This document shows, one piece after another, positions 11,806 through 23,700 of a DNA stretch of 64,000 bases. Within the stretch, counting starts at the first letter, position 1; each line of letters starts with the position of its first letter. The notes beneath the pieces were generated by a model. That model had not been told where the DNA came from and ran no database searches. It saw only the letters and a list, made by a program, of their open reading frames with translations. The stretch comes from Azolla caroliniana. Taxonomy: Eukaryota > Plantae > Polypodiophyta. The stretch is from contig JBHGNT010000018.1 in NCBI GenBank assembly GCA_043228905.1, positions 9,734,001-9,798,000 of the forward strand, written 5' to 3'. The position numbers and the translations under genes were made by a program.

Positions 11806-13923
11806 TCCCGATTCTCGCCACCGAGGGATTCGCGGTTTCGCTCGTGGTTCGGTCGCACCGTCAGAAATTGGACCGAATGGCGCCCGTCCTGGCTTTTGAC
11901 CCTCGCGTAGTTCGAACCGTTGTCTAGCACCTTGGTCTCCATCCGTGTCGCCGTGATGTATGGTTCCCCTAATATGACCGGGTGCGAGGACGTCTCCTGT
12001 ACGAAGAAGTGCTGGTCAATCTCGACGTCGCCGATCTTGACCCGCACGTTCGGGCAGGCCCCGTGCAGTTCCTCGGTGGCGCGCGTCGCCGCCCATATCT
12101 TCCACCCGTGCTTGGTGTTGATCGGCCACTTTCCCTTCTTATAGAAGTCCATGGACATCAAGTTTATTTCCGAACCGTGGTCCACCAGTGCCACCACCGG
12201 CTCCTGAACATCTCCGATCTTTACCGGGATCTCCGTGGTCGCTCGGGCCCAGTGCGGCCTTGAATAGTGGCTCTCCGCCCACTCATCTTCCAGCGCCATG
12301 TCGTCGATGTGCGTCGTCCACACCTCCGCCGGTCTTTCCGGTTCCGTCTCCGTCGACAGCCTCTTCCGTTTCACCAGGTCCACAATGGAGTCGTGGAACT
12401 CCTTCTTGGCGATCCCTAGCACCTCCCGTAATGACAGCTCCACTTTGTTGTCGAGGATCCGTTCTTCTAGGACCTTTCGTAGGTCCGTGGTCCTTTCTAT
12501 TTCCGTCCCCAGTCGGTATCCGCCCTTCCTGGGGTTATCTTGCGAGCTGGACCCACCGGCATCGTTCCGTCGTTGCCCGAATCGGGTCTCATACCGTTGT
12601 GAGGGCCCGGCCGCTCCGGCTTTCCCCACTCGTTTGTCTTTCTACCAAAGCCTCATAATTCCGGCAGGCGGCTTCTACGAAGCCCGTCTTCTCCTCGACC
12701 GGGTCGCTCCACCCGGTTACTTCCCGGACCCGTCTCTCAGCGCGGTCCGCTTCATCTTTCCTCAACCGTGCGCCGGCGAGGCCTTCCAGCATTGCCGACC
12801 AGAATCCGTCTTTGCTCTCCTCTCAGGCCTCGCTGCCCCCGACCCGAATACCGGCCGACGCCGAGTAGTGGATGGCCTCCACGTGTCGGGCCGCTGCCTC
12901 TTCCATCAGTCTCTTCATACCTCCTCGCCCGTCGTTTCGGTTAAGGGCCCTTCTGGTGTCGCCGGCATGCACCCGGCCTTCCCACAGGTACACCACCCGG
13001 TTCCTCAACGCCTCTGCGAAGTCGCCGCAGTCCTTCCGAATGTGGCCGACCTCGTCGCACCACATGCACCTGTTCCCTGCTGCCGGCCGTCGGTCACGAG
13101 CCAGTTCGCCGCCTTCCCTTCGAGTCTGGGCGATCTGGAGATCCTTTATCGCCCGCGTCAACTCCTCCAGCGCTGCTCCTCTGGACGAGCCATTGACCAT
13201 GCCGGTCTAAGCCGGACCGGTTTCGAGCCATTCCCGGGTTTCTTCCCTTCGCCCTTGCGGTGCCGGTTCAAGCCTCCTTGCTGTGACAGAGCCCGCACCG
13301 GCCGCCCCGTTGTCAGCCCATTCTCGCCGTTTGTCGAAACGGCCACAGACTCTCTTAACCGCAGCCTAGTCGGTCGTCAGCCCGTCTTCGGTTTCCAGCA
13401 AGGAGCCAACTTGATCCCGGTCCCGCTCGTCCACCGACTTGATGAACAGTAGGACCCGGCTCGTATCCAGAACGGTTCGGTTGAGCGCCGAAAGGCGCGC
13501 AAAGCGTTCTTCGAACTCCCGGAGGAGTGCCGACGTGTTTCTTCCCTTGCCGGGGGACTCCACCCATTCCATGAAGTCTCGTTTCGAAAGCTGGAGCGCG
13601 TCGTCCAGCCCGTATTTTTCTAGGAGTCAGCCTTCGAACTCCTCCCAGGTACGGCTCTCCGCCCGCACCTCGAGCACCTCCGCATGGATGCTCGGCATCG
13701 CCACTCGAGGAAACCCGGCAAGACGCCTCTCTTCCGGAATGTCCCGCATCAGCATTTTTGCCCCGTAGGACGCCAAATACTTCGTGGCATCCTTTCCACT
13801 AAACCGGCCGATCGTACCGACGACCACCTCGATGGCTCTGTCGAGGGCGTCGGTGCCCTCGCGTGCGCTCAATATCCGATCCACGGCCGAAGCCATGGCC
13901 TCCGCAAGATCCGACCCCTTCAT
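11796..13923 (-). pseudogene. G ORF1 gag + aspartic protease (disrupted)
   Basis: MKGSDLAEAM... capsid-like region; CMWCDEVGHIRKDC zinc knuckle; ALVDHGSEINLM protease; ends REDF*. Confidence 0.9.
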
Positions 13924-13945
13924 CTTCTGCTCTTTTGCCGCCTCC

Positions 13946-13963
13946 TTCACGTCGGGTTCACCA
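13946..13963 (-). promoter_or_regulatory. Primer-binding site complementary to tRNA-Trp 3' end
   Basis: Minus strand TGGTGAACCCGACGTGAA, 3 nt after the 5' LTR; complement of ...UUCACGUCGGGUUCACCA, the plant cytosolic tRNA-Trp 3' end as recalled. Confidence 0.82.
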
Positions 13964-13966
13964 AGA

Positions 13967-14614
13967 TGTCGAGGTATTCCTCGCGGATGCGTGGAATGAG
14001 GCGGGACCTCGGGGGTCTTGTACCGAAGAGCAAGAGAGAAAGGAGAAGGGAGGGGACCCACTACGTGCGAGCGTAGATTCACAGGGACACGGCCCTTCGA
14101 CACAAAGACGCGAGTGGGACACCAACACAGAGAGACACGAATGTATGTAAATATATATATTAACAAACCAAACAACAAGAAGCACAAAGTCGGTTACAAC
14201 CGAACAGGCCGGCGAACAGATGTCGATGCCTGTTCGTAAACGCACAGAAAGAAAGGAGTAGGTTGGAGGTGCTGCCGGAAGCACTCGGGCATTCCTCAGA
14301 GCAGCGCGAGCCTCCCGAAACCTGCACAGAAAGAAGCTATGGAGTTTGGAAGAGAGAGAAGCCTTCGGCCGACAACCCAACAGCACTTCGTCCTCTCTAA
14401 CCGCGAACCCCCTTTTCCTCTTCCTTGTCTCCCTCCTTTTATAGGCAAGAAAGGAGCCGTTTCCCATTAACATCCTACCTACCGGATCTACCTGCCGAGG
14501 ATCTTCTATGTACCTAATCCTCTCTTATGTACAATATAAGGCGTACGTGCATGAAGAGCCGGTTCCTACGCTTTGGTGTACCGATTCCGCTTGTGGACGG
14601 TTTTCTTCACGACA
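13967..14614 (-). repeat. 5' LTR of G
   Basis: Direct repeat of 7581-8228, next to the PBS. Confidence 0.95.
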
Positions 14615-15942
14615 ACGTGCTGAATATGCTCTTTAAATTCGGGATGGCCGACTGAAAGACCGTCTCGACTCCTCTGGACAGAACCATCAAGCTTCGTCCC
14701 GATACGGGAAAGGTATGCGACCCAACGAGGTTCCGACAAATTGTCGGAAGCCTCATATACTTGACCATCACCCAACCCGACCTCAGTTATCCAGTCGGGG
14801 TGATCAGTCAGTTCATGGCGCGACCTACCGAGGAGCACCTTCAGTGTGCGCAACGCGTACTGCGGTACGTAAGTGGCACTAAGGACCGAGGATTGCTATA
14901 TCGGACCGGTGCAGCCGCGCAGTTAGTCAGCTACACCGATGCTGATTGGGCTGGCAACGCCGCCGATCGCCGATCCACGTCTGGATACGCGTTCTCCCTC
15001 GGGAGTGCTGCGATCGCGTGGAGCAGTAAGAAGCAGCCGACAGTTGCACTGTCGAGCACCAAAGCTGAGTACCGAGGAGCGGCTGTCGCGACATGCGAAG
15101 CCATATGGTTGAAGCGGCTACTTAAGGACCTGCAAGAGGAGGTGTCAGATCCGACGACGATCTACTGCGACAACCTCAGCAGCATCCAACTCGCGAAAAA
15201 CCCCGTTTTCCACGCACGGACCAAGCACATTGAGGTGCACTACCACTTCGTCCGTGAGCGTGTCCTTTCCGGTGAAGTCGAACTTCAGTACGTTCCGACG
15301 GATCGGTAGGTTGCCGACATCTTCACCAAGCCTCTTGGTCTGGACAAGTTGCGGCAACTCTCGGGTGCGCTTGGGTTGCGTCACCTTGATGTGCCGAACT
15401 TGAGGGGGAGAACAGTCCCGAACGACCAAGCAAGGCAACAGGAAAGGAGCGGTGACCATGACACCGAGTCGGTTGACTCGTTTGTTGACTCGGTTGAAGA
15501 CGGATCGGCTGAAGAAGTCGAGGGTGGACCCGCGGAAAAGTTCGGAAGAGGACAGAAGGGGAGCAGCCGAAGGACAGAGCCGAAGCCAACCACGGATAGG
15601 GCAGATGACGCCATCGAGGGCGAGAAAACCAAAGACGAGTTGGAGACAGCCAACTCGGACGAGAGCGAAAACCGATCGGAGGTAGCCGAGTCGGTTCGGA
15701 TGTTTGATTCAGACAGGCTGAATCAACCGAGGCCCAAGCGGAAGAAAAGGCAGCAGAAGAAGCGTCAACACCGCAACAACAGAAGAGCTGATGAGGGCCA
15801 CATGAGCAGACAAGCCGACCGGAAGGGTCGAAGCGCGCGGAGTCGAACAGGTCGAGGAGCGCAAGCGAGGCGAGAAGCCAGGAGGAACCGGTGCTGTGAA
15901 GATCCCGAAGAGCCTCAAGTTGAGCTTGAGGGGGAGTGTTGA
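14615..15942 (+). pseudogene. Copia B RT end, RNase H and a ~180-aa charged C-terminal extension
   Basis: ORF 14761..15309 (YTDADWAG, AWSSKKQ, RTKHIEVHYHFVRE) and same-frame ORF 15349..15942, separated by one TAG. Confidence 0.88.
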
Positions 15943-16323
15943 GAGACAAGCTCAACATCGGCCAGATCGGCTGAAGAAGCCGAGGATCGGATCAGCTGGG
16001 ACCGATCGGTTAGGCCGAGTGCGTAAACCGAGAGGTCGTTAGGAAAGATATTCCGTGAGGAATATATTTGGGAGTTAGTGTAGGAGCTCTTAATGAGCAT
16101 TGAAGTACTGTCAGTACTTCGGTCAGTCCTTCTAGGACTTGTATAAAAGTGCTCACTGAGCACGTCTTATGTACACAGAGATTGAGTATTATTGTGAAAT
16201 ATAGTTTTTTGTCTTTCTCTCTGTCTCTCCCGCGTATACCGTGTAAGTTCAAGCTCTCCATTAAACCTGTGTTTCCTTCCTCTGTTCTGTCTTCATACCT
16301 GCTTCCACACGCTACTTTTTACA
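15937..16323 (+). repeat. 3' LTR of B
   Basis: TGTTGAG...TTTTACA after PPT TTGAGGGGGAG; homologous to the solo LTR at 61403-61867 and to the reverse complement of the B' LTRs; TATA at 16142. Confidence 0.88.
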
Positions 16324-16555
16324 TTAACTATAACGACTTAAATAGGACCTTGTACTTAAGTGGGATATTCTAGATCCTCCACTCCTAAGTACATTTAATA
16401 TAGAACTTACACATTAGTACCTATATTCTACTCACACATGTGAACCTTTGCAAATGAGATGTATATATACCTCATTGTGGGTATTTTTGTATTTGATGAT
16501 GATAATGTTAATTTAATATACTTACTCATTCCCCATCTTGTGTTGCTCATAAGTG

Positions 16556-16609
<54 letters not shown>

Positions 16610-16709
16610 CACACACATACACACACATCACATAATCTTCCGCTTATCAACTAATCACATAATTAGGTACTAATTAATCCTTGCTTAATTACTTACCTAA
16701 TTCTTAACA
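16324..16709 (+). repeat. Remaining part of C 5' LTR, includes a (CT)n tract
   Basis: Near-identical to about 19942-20345; ends TTAACA, followed by the PBS. Confidence 0.9.
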
Positions 16710-16880
16710 TGGTATCAGAGCGTGTGGTTTAGAAAATCCACTAAGCCCACCCAACTCCGTGATTGTGTGTTCGAGACACCGACGACAAAATCCGGCTATC
16801 GGCTACCGTAGTGCCACTACGTAGCACGTGTACGTGATCAAAGGAAGAAAAGCAAAAGAAGAGAAGACACTACAATCAAC

Positions 16881-19690
16881 ATGAACACACAAATGGGTAG
16901 CTCGCTCCTTCGTGAAAAGCTAGACCGGAGTAATGATTCATCTTGGGAGTACAAGATGACCCAATACCTCGTCGGCCAAGGGTATTGGAGCTACATCAAC
17001 GGCGCTCAAGAAAATCAACCCGACTCAAAGAACGCCAACTACGCAACATGGGAGCAAGCGGTGAGTGAGTCATTGCTTGGCAACATGTGTCCACGACCAC
17101 ATGCTTAGCCACATTCGAGACACCAAGACGCCTAAAGAAGTGTGGGCGAACTTAAAGAAAATGTTCACCGCCAACACGACCGCCCGAAAGCTTCAACTTC
17201 GACAAGAGTTGAACAACATTCGGCAAAAAGACATGTCCGTATCGGACTACACCGCCAAGATCAAGAGCATTTGCGACTCGCTTGGATCCATCAAAATAAA
17301 CGTCGACGAAGACGAGATGGTTCAAGTATGCTTGGGCGGCCTCGCACAATGATTTGATCCATTACAGATGGCAATCTTGGCGAGAGAAAACCCTCCTTCA
17401 TTCTTCGACCTCCAATCAATGCTATTGGTCGAAGAGAACCACGTTCGAACCAAAAGCAAGACGTCTGAAGGACAAATTTTCTTCTCGAATTCGGACGGTG
17501 GCCGAGGAGGAGGTCACGGCGGAAGAAGAGGTCAATTCGACCCATCACACGAAGGGAACTCAAACCTTCACAAAAGCCATCGAGGAACCTTCGGAAGAAG
17601 GGGGAGCTTCCACGCCGAACATGGTCGGCAAATGAGGCCCGCAACTTGCAATTATTACGGCAAAATCGGCCACTACGAGGCGGACTGTCGGAAAAAGAGA
17701 AGTGAGTCGGCTTCAACAAGTCGACACCTCACAAACTACGCATCGAACTCCGACCACGACAACCGTAGCAGAATGTTCACGAAATCACGCGTCAAATTCT
17801 GATTACGACGATCGTAGTGAAATGTTTACAAATTATGCCCCAAATTCCAACTACGACGACCATGGCGGAATATTCATAATGAGGCATAGAGCAAACTCTA
17901 TGACAGACTCCAACTCCACAAGCACCTCTAACTTGGAAGACATGTGGTTCGTCGACTCCGGCGTCTCACATCACATGACATCTCACGAAGAGTGGTTTCG
18001 TGACTTGCGTACACCAAACCGACCTGGCTTCATAGAGACGGGAGACGACACCATGCACCCCATTCGGCACATCGGCAATGTCCCATTCGGGAAAGAAGGC
18101 AAACAAACTTGCATCAAGAATTTCTTGCACATGCCCACAATAACGAAGAATTTGGTCTCTGTCGGCCAAATCGTGGAGCAAGACATGCAAGTCCGCTTCA
18201 ACAACGAAGGTTGCTTCATTGAGAAAGATGGCTGACTCATAGCTAAGGGGCGGAGAGACGGCCGAATGTTCATCCTTGATTCGAACGAGGTGAAATCGGC
18301 AATGTACGCCAAAGGTCTCAAAACCGAGACAAGCATTGAGTTGTGGCACGAGAGAATCAGCCACATAAACCTCCAATGGCTTCGAGCGATGCAAACCAAG
18401 GGATTCGTCATCGGACTTCCGACATTCGAGTTGAAATGAGTCGACCGAGTATGTGAAGCATGTCAACTCAGCAAACAACATCGACTCCCATTCCCGAAGG
18501 AGCGCTCCGCAAGCAAAGGCCCCCTCGACGTCGTACACTCGGATGTATGGGGACCGGCTCAAACGCCGACGATCGGCGGATGCCGATACTACGTAACCTT
18601 CATCGACGACTACTCGCGCTACGCATGGATCTACCTAATGAAGAAGAAAAGTGAAGTGCTCTCCCACATCCAAAAGCTCAAGGGGCAAGTCGAAAAAGAA
18701 ACCAGTCGGCACATTCGATGCCTACGATCAGATGGAGGCAAGGAGTACTTCTCCGATGAATTTACCTCGTACCTCCAAAGTGAAGGCATTCGAAGAGAAT
18801 TCTCGTGCTGACATACCCCCCAACAAAATGGAGTCGCCGAAAGGAAAAATCGGCAAATACTCAAGGTAGCACGTGCCATGATGCATGAGAAGCACATGTT
18901 GAATTTCTATTGGGCTGAAGCAACATCCACGGCCGTCTATTGCATGAATCGGTGTACCACCAATGGAGTCCATGAGCTAACTCCCTACGAGCTCCTCGTC
19001 GGAAGGAAGCCGATCCTATCGCATCTCAAGTTGTTCGGAAGCATTGCGAATGTACGCATCCCGAACGAACAACGACAGATGCTCGACGCGAAGTCGGAGG
19101 AATGTATCCTCATAGGATACTCATCCAAGAAGAAGGCATACAAGTGCTACAACCCTTCTACCCGAGCGGTTCGTGTAAGTCAAGTCGTAGTCTTCGACGA
19201 GTCCGCATCGTGGTACGCACCAGAGGCAACTTCAACTCCGACTCCGCTCGACCCAGATTCCGCCGAACAAGAGGTAGAAGATGGAGATCGCTTCGAACAC
19301 ATATTCAAAGAAAGTCCAATTACGGCAAAGCCTAGTGGGTCACAAGAGCCCCCACACGACCCAAGCACGTCGCGGCCAAGTACGAACTTGGACAAAGGCA
19401 AAGGTAAGATGCCCGAATACGAAGTCAATCACCCCGACGACAGTGATTCGGATGTGTCGGCTCCCTCACTAGACAGTGAGTTCGGTGTACCCATCATGCG
19501 TACACCCGGAGTAAAGAAGGCGCTCACATCGGCGAGCGAAAAACTTCGACGCTCTTCTAGAGAGAAGAATCCTGTCACTCGGCTCGGCTACAACGAGTAT
19601 ATGGCCCATCATTACGCCTTCGCGATGAAGGTAGCGGCCGAACAAGAGCCCAAGAGCTCCACCGAAGCGGCTCGTAACCCACGATGGGTG
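16881..19690 (+). pseudogene. Copia C gag-protease-integrase (many stops and frameshifts; RT and RH missing)
   Basis: EKLDRSN..WEYKM gag; CNYYGKIGHYEADC knuckle; WFVDSGVSHHMT; integrase FYWAEATSTAVY; frame jumps from AARNPRWVE straight to the 3' end. Confidence 0.88.
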
Positions 19691-19855
19691 GAAGTAGTCG
19701 ACCTTCGCCCACACACTACAAGCCTTCGTCACTGGCTTGAGGGGGAGGAACCGAGATTGCCACGGCGAAGAAAGCCGAAGGCCGGACGGAAGCACACGAA
19801 GCGGACAAAAGCCAAAGCGGATGTCGGACGCCTCACACTTAAGCTTGAGGGGATG

Positions 19856-20175
19856 TGTTGAGAGATCAAGCTCAACTTAGTTTAGTTAGTTAGTCAACCA
19901 TGTAACTTCCTAGTTACCTAGATAGAATCTAGTTAGAAGTGTTGACTATAATGACTTAAATAGGACCTTGTACTTAAGTGGGATATTCTAGATCCTCTAC
20001 TCCTAAGTACATTTAATATAGGACTTACACATTAGTACCTATATTCTACTCACACATGTGCACCTTCACACATGAGATGTATATATATACCTCATTGTGG
20101 GTATTTTTGTATTTGATGATGATAATGCTAACTTAATATACTTACTCATCCCCCATCTTGTGTTGTTCATAAGTG

Positions 20176-20252
<77 letters not shown>

Positions 20253-20345
20253 TACACACACATATCACATAATCTTCCGCTTATCAACTATCATATAATT
20301 ATGTACTAATTAATCCTTGCTTAATTACTTTCCTAATTCTTAACA
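19856..20345 (+). repeat. 3' LTR of C
   Basis: TGTTGAGAGATC...CTTAACA after PPT CTTGAGGGGATG. Confidence 0.9.
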
Positions 20346-20731
20346 AGTCTATAGTTAGAAAAAGCATGGATTGTTATGTGCTAAGTCTCCCATCACTATA
20401 TAAGGGTGGAAAAGCACAATGTAATAGGGGGGGGTAATTTTTCCCTTAAGTTTTTGGAAGCTATCTCTCGCATAAACCCTAATTTTCCTTACGGAAGTCA
20501 TATCTCTCAAAAACCCTAATTTTTCTTATCTATTAATCTCTTTAAACCTAAACTTCTGTAATCCCAATCTTTGGATAGGTTGTAATTTTTCTTTTCCTTT
20601 GCTAATAAAATTTATTAAACTTTCTCATTTCCGTTAATTCTTTAATACAAATGCATGAATTTGTTATCCTCTGGTCGGAGGCCTCAGGGTCCTACCTCAA
20701 GTTCATGTATCTTTGTCATATTTTCACGACA
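20346..20731 (+). repeat. Probable 3' part of another LTR into which C inserted
   Basis: TATATAA near 20397, AAACCCTAA motifs, ends TTTTCACGACA just before Gypsy coding sequence; no partner in window. Confidence 0.45.
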
Positions 20732-23700
20732 ACGCGACATCGTTGGCTGAGCTTCCAAGAAACTAACTTCCTGGGTGCTGATGGAAGAGTCGGCCCTCCA
20801 CATCCAAGCGTCCGCCTCTTCTAGTTCGCAGGTATGCACCGCTCTCGCCACCATTAATCACTACACCCACACCATCTTGTTAGACTCTGGTAGTAGTATC
20901 TCTTCCATTATCACTGCCTTAGTTTGCCAGTTAGGTCTCCCCACATCCACCGCTCCTTCCATCCAAGTCCTTTTTGGTGATCACCAACATCTTTACCACT
21001 CTCGCACACAAGCCCATTGCACCTTCACCTTGGGCACTCTCACCTTCTCACACCACTTTTATGTCTTGCCACACCAATTGTTCCCCCTCACCTTAGGTTG
21101 TGATTGGTTCCTCAAACGTCGCGTTGTTATTGATTTTGATGCCCACAAACTTCTTGTCCCACATTGTCCCCCTGTCCCCCACCTTAGCCAAGTCCAGGTG
21201 GCCCTTAGTCCACAGGAGCGATTGGTCTCCATCCGCCAATTATTAGCTCGTTTTCCATCACTAACCCTCCAACCCATGCATGCTCTTGTTGTCTCTTTCC
21301 TAGTACAACATGCCATTCGTACCAGGGAAGCCACTCCGATCCGCATGACTACCCGTCGACGTTCCCCCCTCAACCACGATCGCATCAATGTTGCCGTCAC
21401 CGACATGTGCACCAAAGGTATTATCATTCCTTCCACCAGTGATTGGGTTTTGGAACCCCACCTAGTCAAGAAGGATGATGGCACCTTTCGCTTTTGCATC
21501 GACTTCAGGCCTCTCAACAAAGTGACTATCCATGACCTCTACCCGCTCCTTCGCGTGGATGACCTCTTGGATCAAATCGGTGGCTCCCGTTATTTCACTT
21601 CCCTGGACTTAGCCTCGGGATATTGATAGATCCCCCTAAAGCCATCTGATGCCCACAAGACCGCATTCTGCACACGCCGGGGGCTATTCCAATTCACGTG
21701 CATGCCATTCGGCATGTCGGATGCCGGCAACACATTCCTTCCAACGCATGGCAAACTCCATCTTCGTCACCCTTATCAGCAAAGGTGTCCTCCTCGTTTA
21801 TCTCGATGACATCCTTATCCACACGGCCACTTAGGAGGACCATCTACAAACTCTTGCCGAAGTCCTCGCTTGCATAACTAAGCATAACTTGCAACTCCAA
21901 TGGAAGAAGTGTTGATGGGGAAGCACCAGCCTTCATTTTCTCAGTTTCATCATCTCTAGCAACGGAATCTGTATGGACCTTGCAAAGGTGGCAGCCATCA
22001 CCGACTACCCCCACCCCACCTCAATAAAATCATTGCAACTTTTTTTGGGCATGATCACCTTTTCCCTTCGCTTCATCCCGGACCTCGCATTGGTCCCTTT
22101 TCCCCTTCGCCAACTCTTGAAGAAATGTGTGTCATTCATTTGGGATCCTGCTTGTGAAGATAGCTTTCGTCGCCTCAAAACCATGGTCCGGGAATCGGGG
22201 TTGCTCGCCCATCCTAACTTTGACCAACCGTTCACATTGCAGACAGACGCATCAAACCGATCCTCTTGCAAGCCGATTGCCACGGGCAAGAAAAGGCAAT
22301 TGCCTTCATTAGCCGCACTCTCACCACCGGCTAAATGCAACTACTCAACTACTCAACGCTACTTGTGATCGTCTAGTCTTTCCAACGTCTTCACCCATAC
22401 CTTCATGGTGGACAAGTTACGGTTGAGACTAACCACCAGCCGTTGCTTTCTCTTATCCATCGACCTCAGCCCCGAGCCACTTGTTGTGATGGACGTTGGC
22501 ACTCCAAGATTATCAATTTACCCTCTCCTATCAGAAGGGTGCAACCAATTTGGTCGTTGATAGTCTCTCTCGCGCTGACTTCCAGACTATCCAATTTCTC
22601 CCTAAGACATCCGATCTTCCATCACCATTGCCACAACTCACTACGCTTCAGCAACACAACCCTGCCATCCAAGAGATAACCTATCAGTTACACTCCCTCC
22701 AACCGTTTCCCTCACAACGGTGGTTCATGCTCCGCGATAACTTGGTGTTCTTCATTCAAGCGCATCGTGAGCCTCGTCTCTACATCCCTCATGCCCTACA
22801 ACAAACGTATCTCCAATTTTATCACGACTACCCATTGTCAGGCCATATGGGTTTCCACAAGGTTCTCGAAAAATTACGCCTCAAGTATTACTAGCCCAGC
22901 ATTCGACACTCTGTCTCTACCTACATCAAACAATGTGCTTTGTGTTAACACGTCAAACTTGCGGGCAAGCCAGCTAGAACACTCCAGCCCATCACCATCA
23001 TGGCACCTTTCGAGCTGATCGGATGAGATTTCATGGGACCTTTTCCCGAAACCTCAAGGGGTAATAGGTATATCCTAGTCATAACAAAATACCTCACCAA
23101 GTGGGCTGAAACTGTTGCCATCCCCGACGTCACGGCGCCAACAATTGCCTCCCAACTCTTGCAGAAGATAATTTTTCAGCATGGTTGCCCTGTCCAACTC
23201 TTATCTAATCAGGGCCGTCAATTCCATGGGGATGTCCTCAATGTTGTCACAATTCAACTAGGTGTCCCACAAGTGTTTACATCCCCATACCATCCGCAAA
23301 CAAATGACCTCACCGAACGCCTCAACAAGCAGGAGATTGCCGCTTACATCGATCCATGCCACAAAACTTGGGATCAAATCTTGCCTTTTGTCACCACGCC
23401 TACAATACATTTGTACATGCATCAACACGAATCAACCCTTTTCAAGCACTCCATGGGCGCGACCCTCGGCTCCCACCAGAATCGTCTATTGACGTCCATT
23501 CCAAACCTGCCAACATGGATAGTGTCACACAACGTTAGAAGCGGTTACGACGTGGGTCGAATTACCCCGACTTATGTTGATGGAACCAAAGTCCTTGTTT
23601 ACTTCCCGGTCCGGCGGCGCGGTCTCAGCGAATCCCTCATGCACCGATGGATCGGCCCATTCACCGTAGTTCGTGCCATCAAATCCGCTACTTACTTGCT

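Larger units (their letters stand above)
7581..14614 (-). mobile_element. Full-length Ty3/Gypsy element 'G' (no chromodomain, tRNA-Trp PBS), inserted antisense in the RT of B
   Basis: 648-bp LTRs at 7581-8228 and 13967-14614 (about 96-97% identical by eye) with TGTCG...CGACA ends; 4-bp TSD ACGT at 7577-7580 and 14615-14618; removal restores host SQRHYVLNML; order PR-RT-RH-INT. Confidence 0.95.
1..16323 (+). mobile_element. Ty1/Copia LTR retrotransposon 'B' (host; 5' part outside window), interrupted by elements A and G
   Basis: GAG-pre-integrase (LWHKWIGHVN) and integrase (HSDVWGP...FIDD) at 1-323 resume after A's TSD at 5771 (LIERKSEVFDCF...SDGGKEY). RT (LYVDD) is broken at 7580 and resumes at 14615; RNase H (YTDADWAG, YCDNLS) follows; PPT then 3' LTR 15937-16323. 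Domain order INT-RT-RH is Copia. Confidence 0.93.
16324..20345 (+). mobile_element. Copia element 'C', RT/RNase H-deleted; its 5' LTR is split by insertion of B
   Basis: 16324-16709 matches the 3' LTR (19856-20345) minus its first ~86 nt; PBS TGGTATCAGAGC at 16710-16721; gag-PR-INT fragments; PPT before 19856. Confidence 0.9.

Noticed and set aside
12298-13452. Long antisense ORFs over Gypsy and Copia genes (e.g. 384 aa here, 274 aa at 11075)
   Set aside because: Shadow ORFs of GC-rich TE coding strands; not kept intact in the second copy
13946-13963. tRNA-Trp gene fragment on the plus strand
   Set aside because: Only the 3' 18 nt including CCA, adjacent to an LTR: a PBS, not a tRNA gene
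15349-15942. env-like gene in B
   Set aside because: No signal peptide or transmembrane segment; highly charged and in frame with pol
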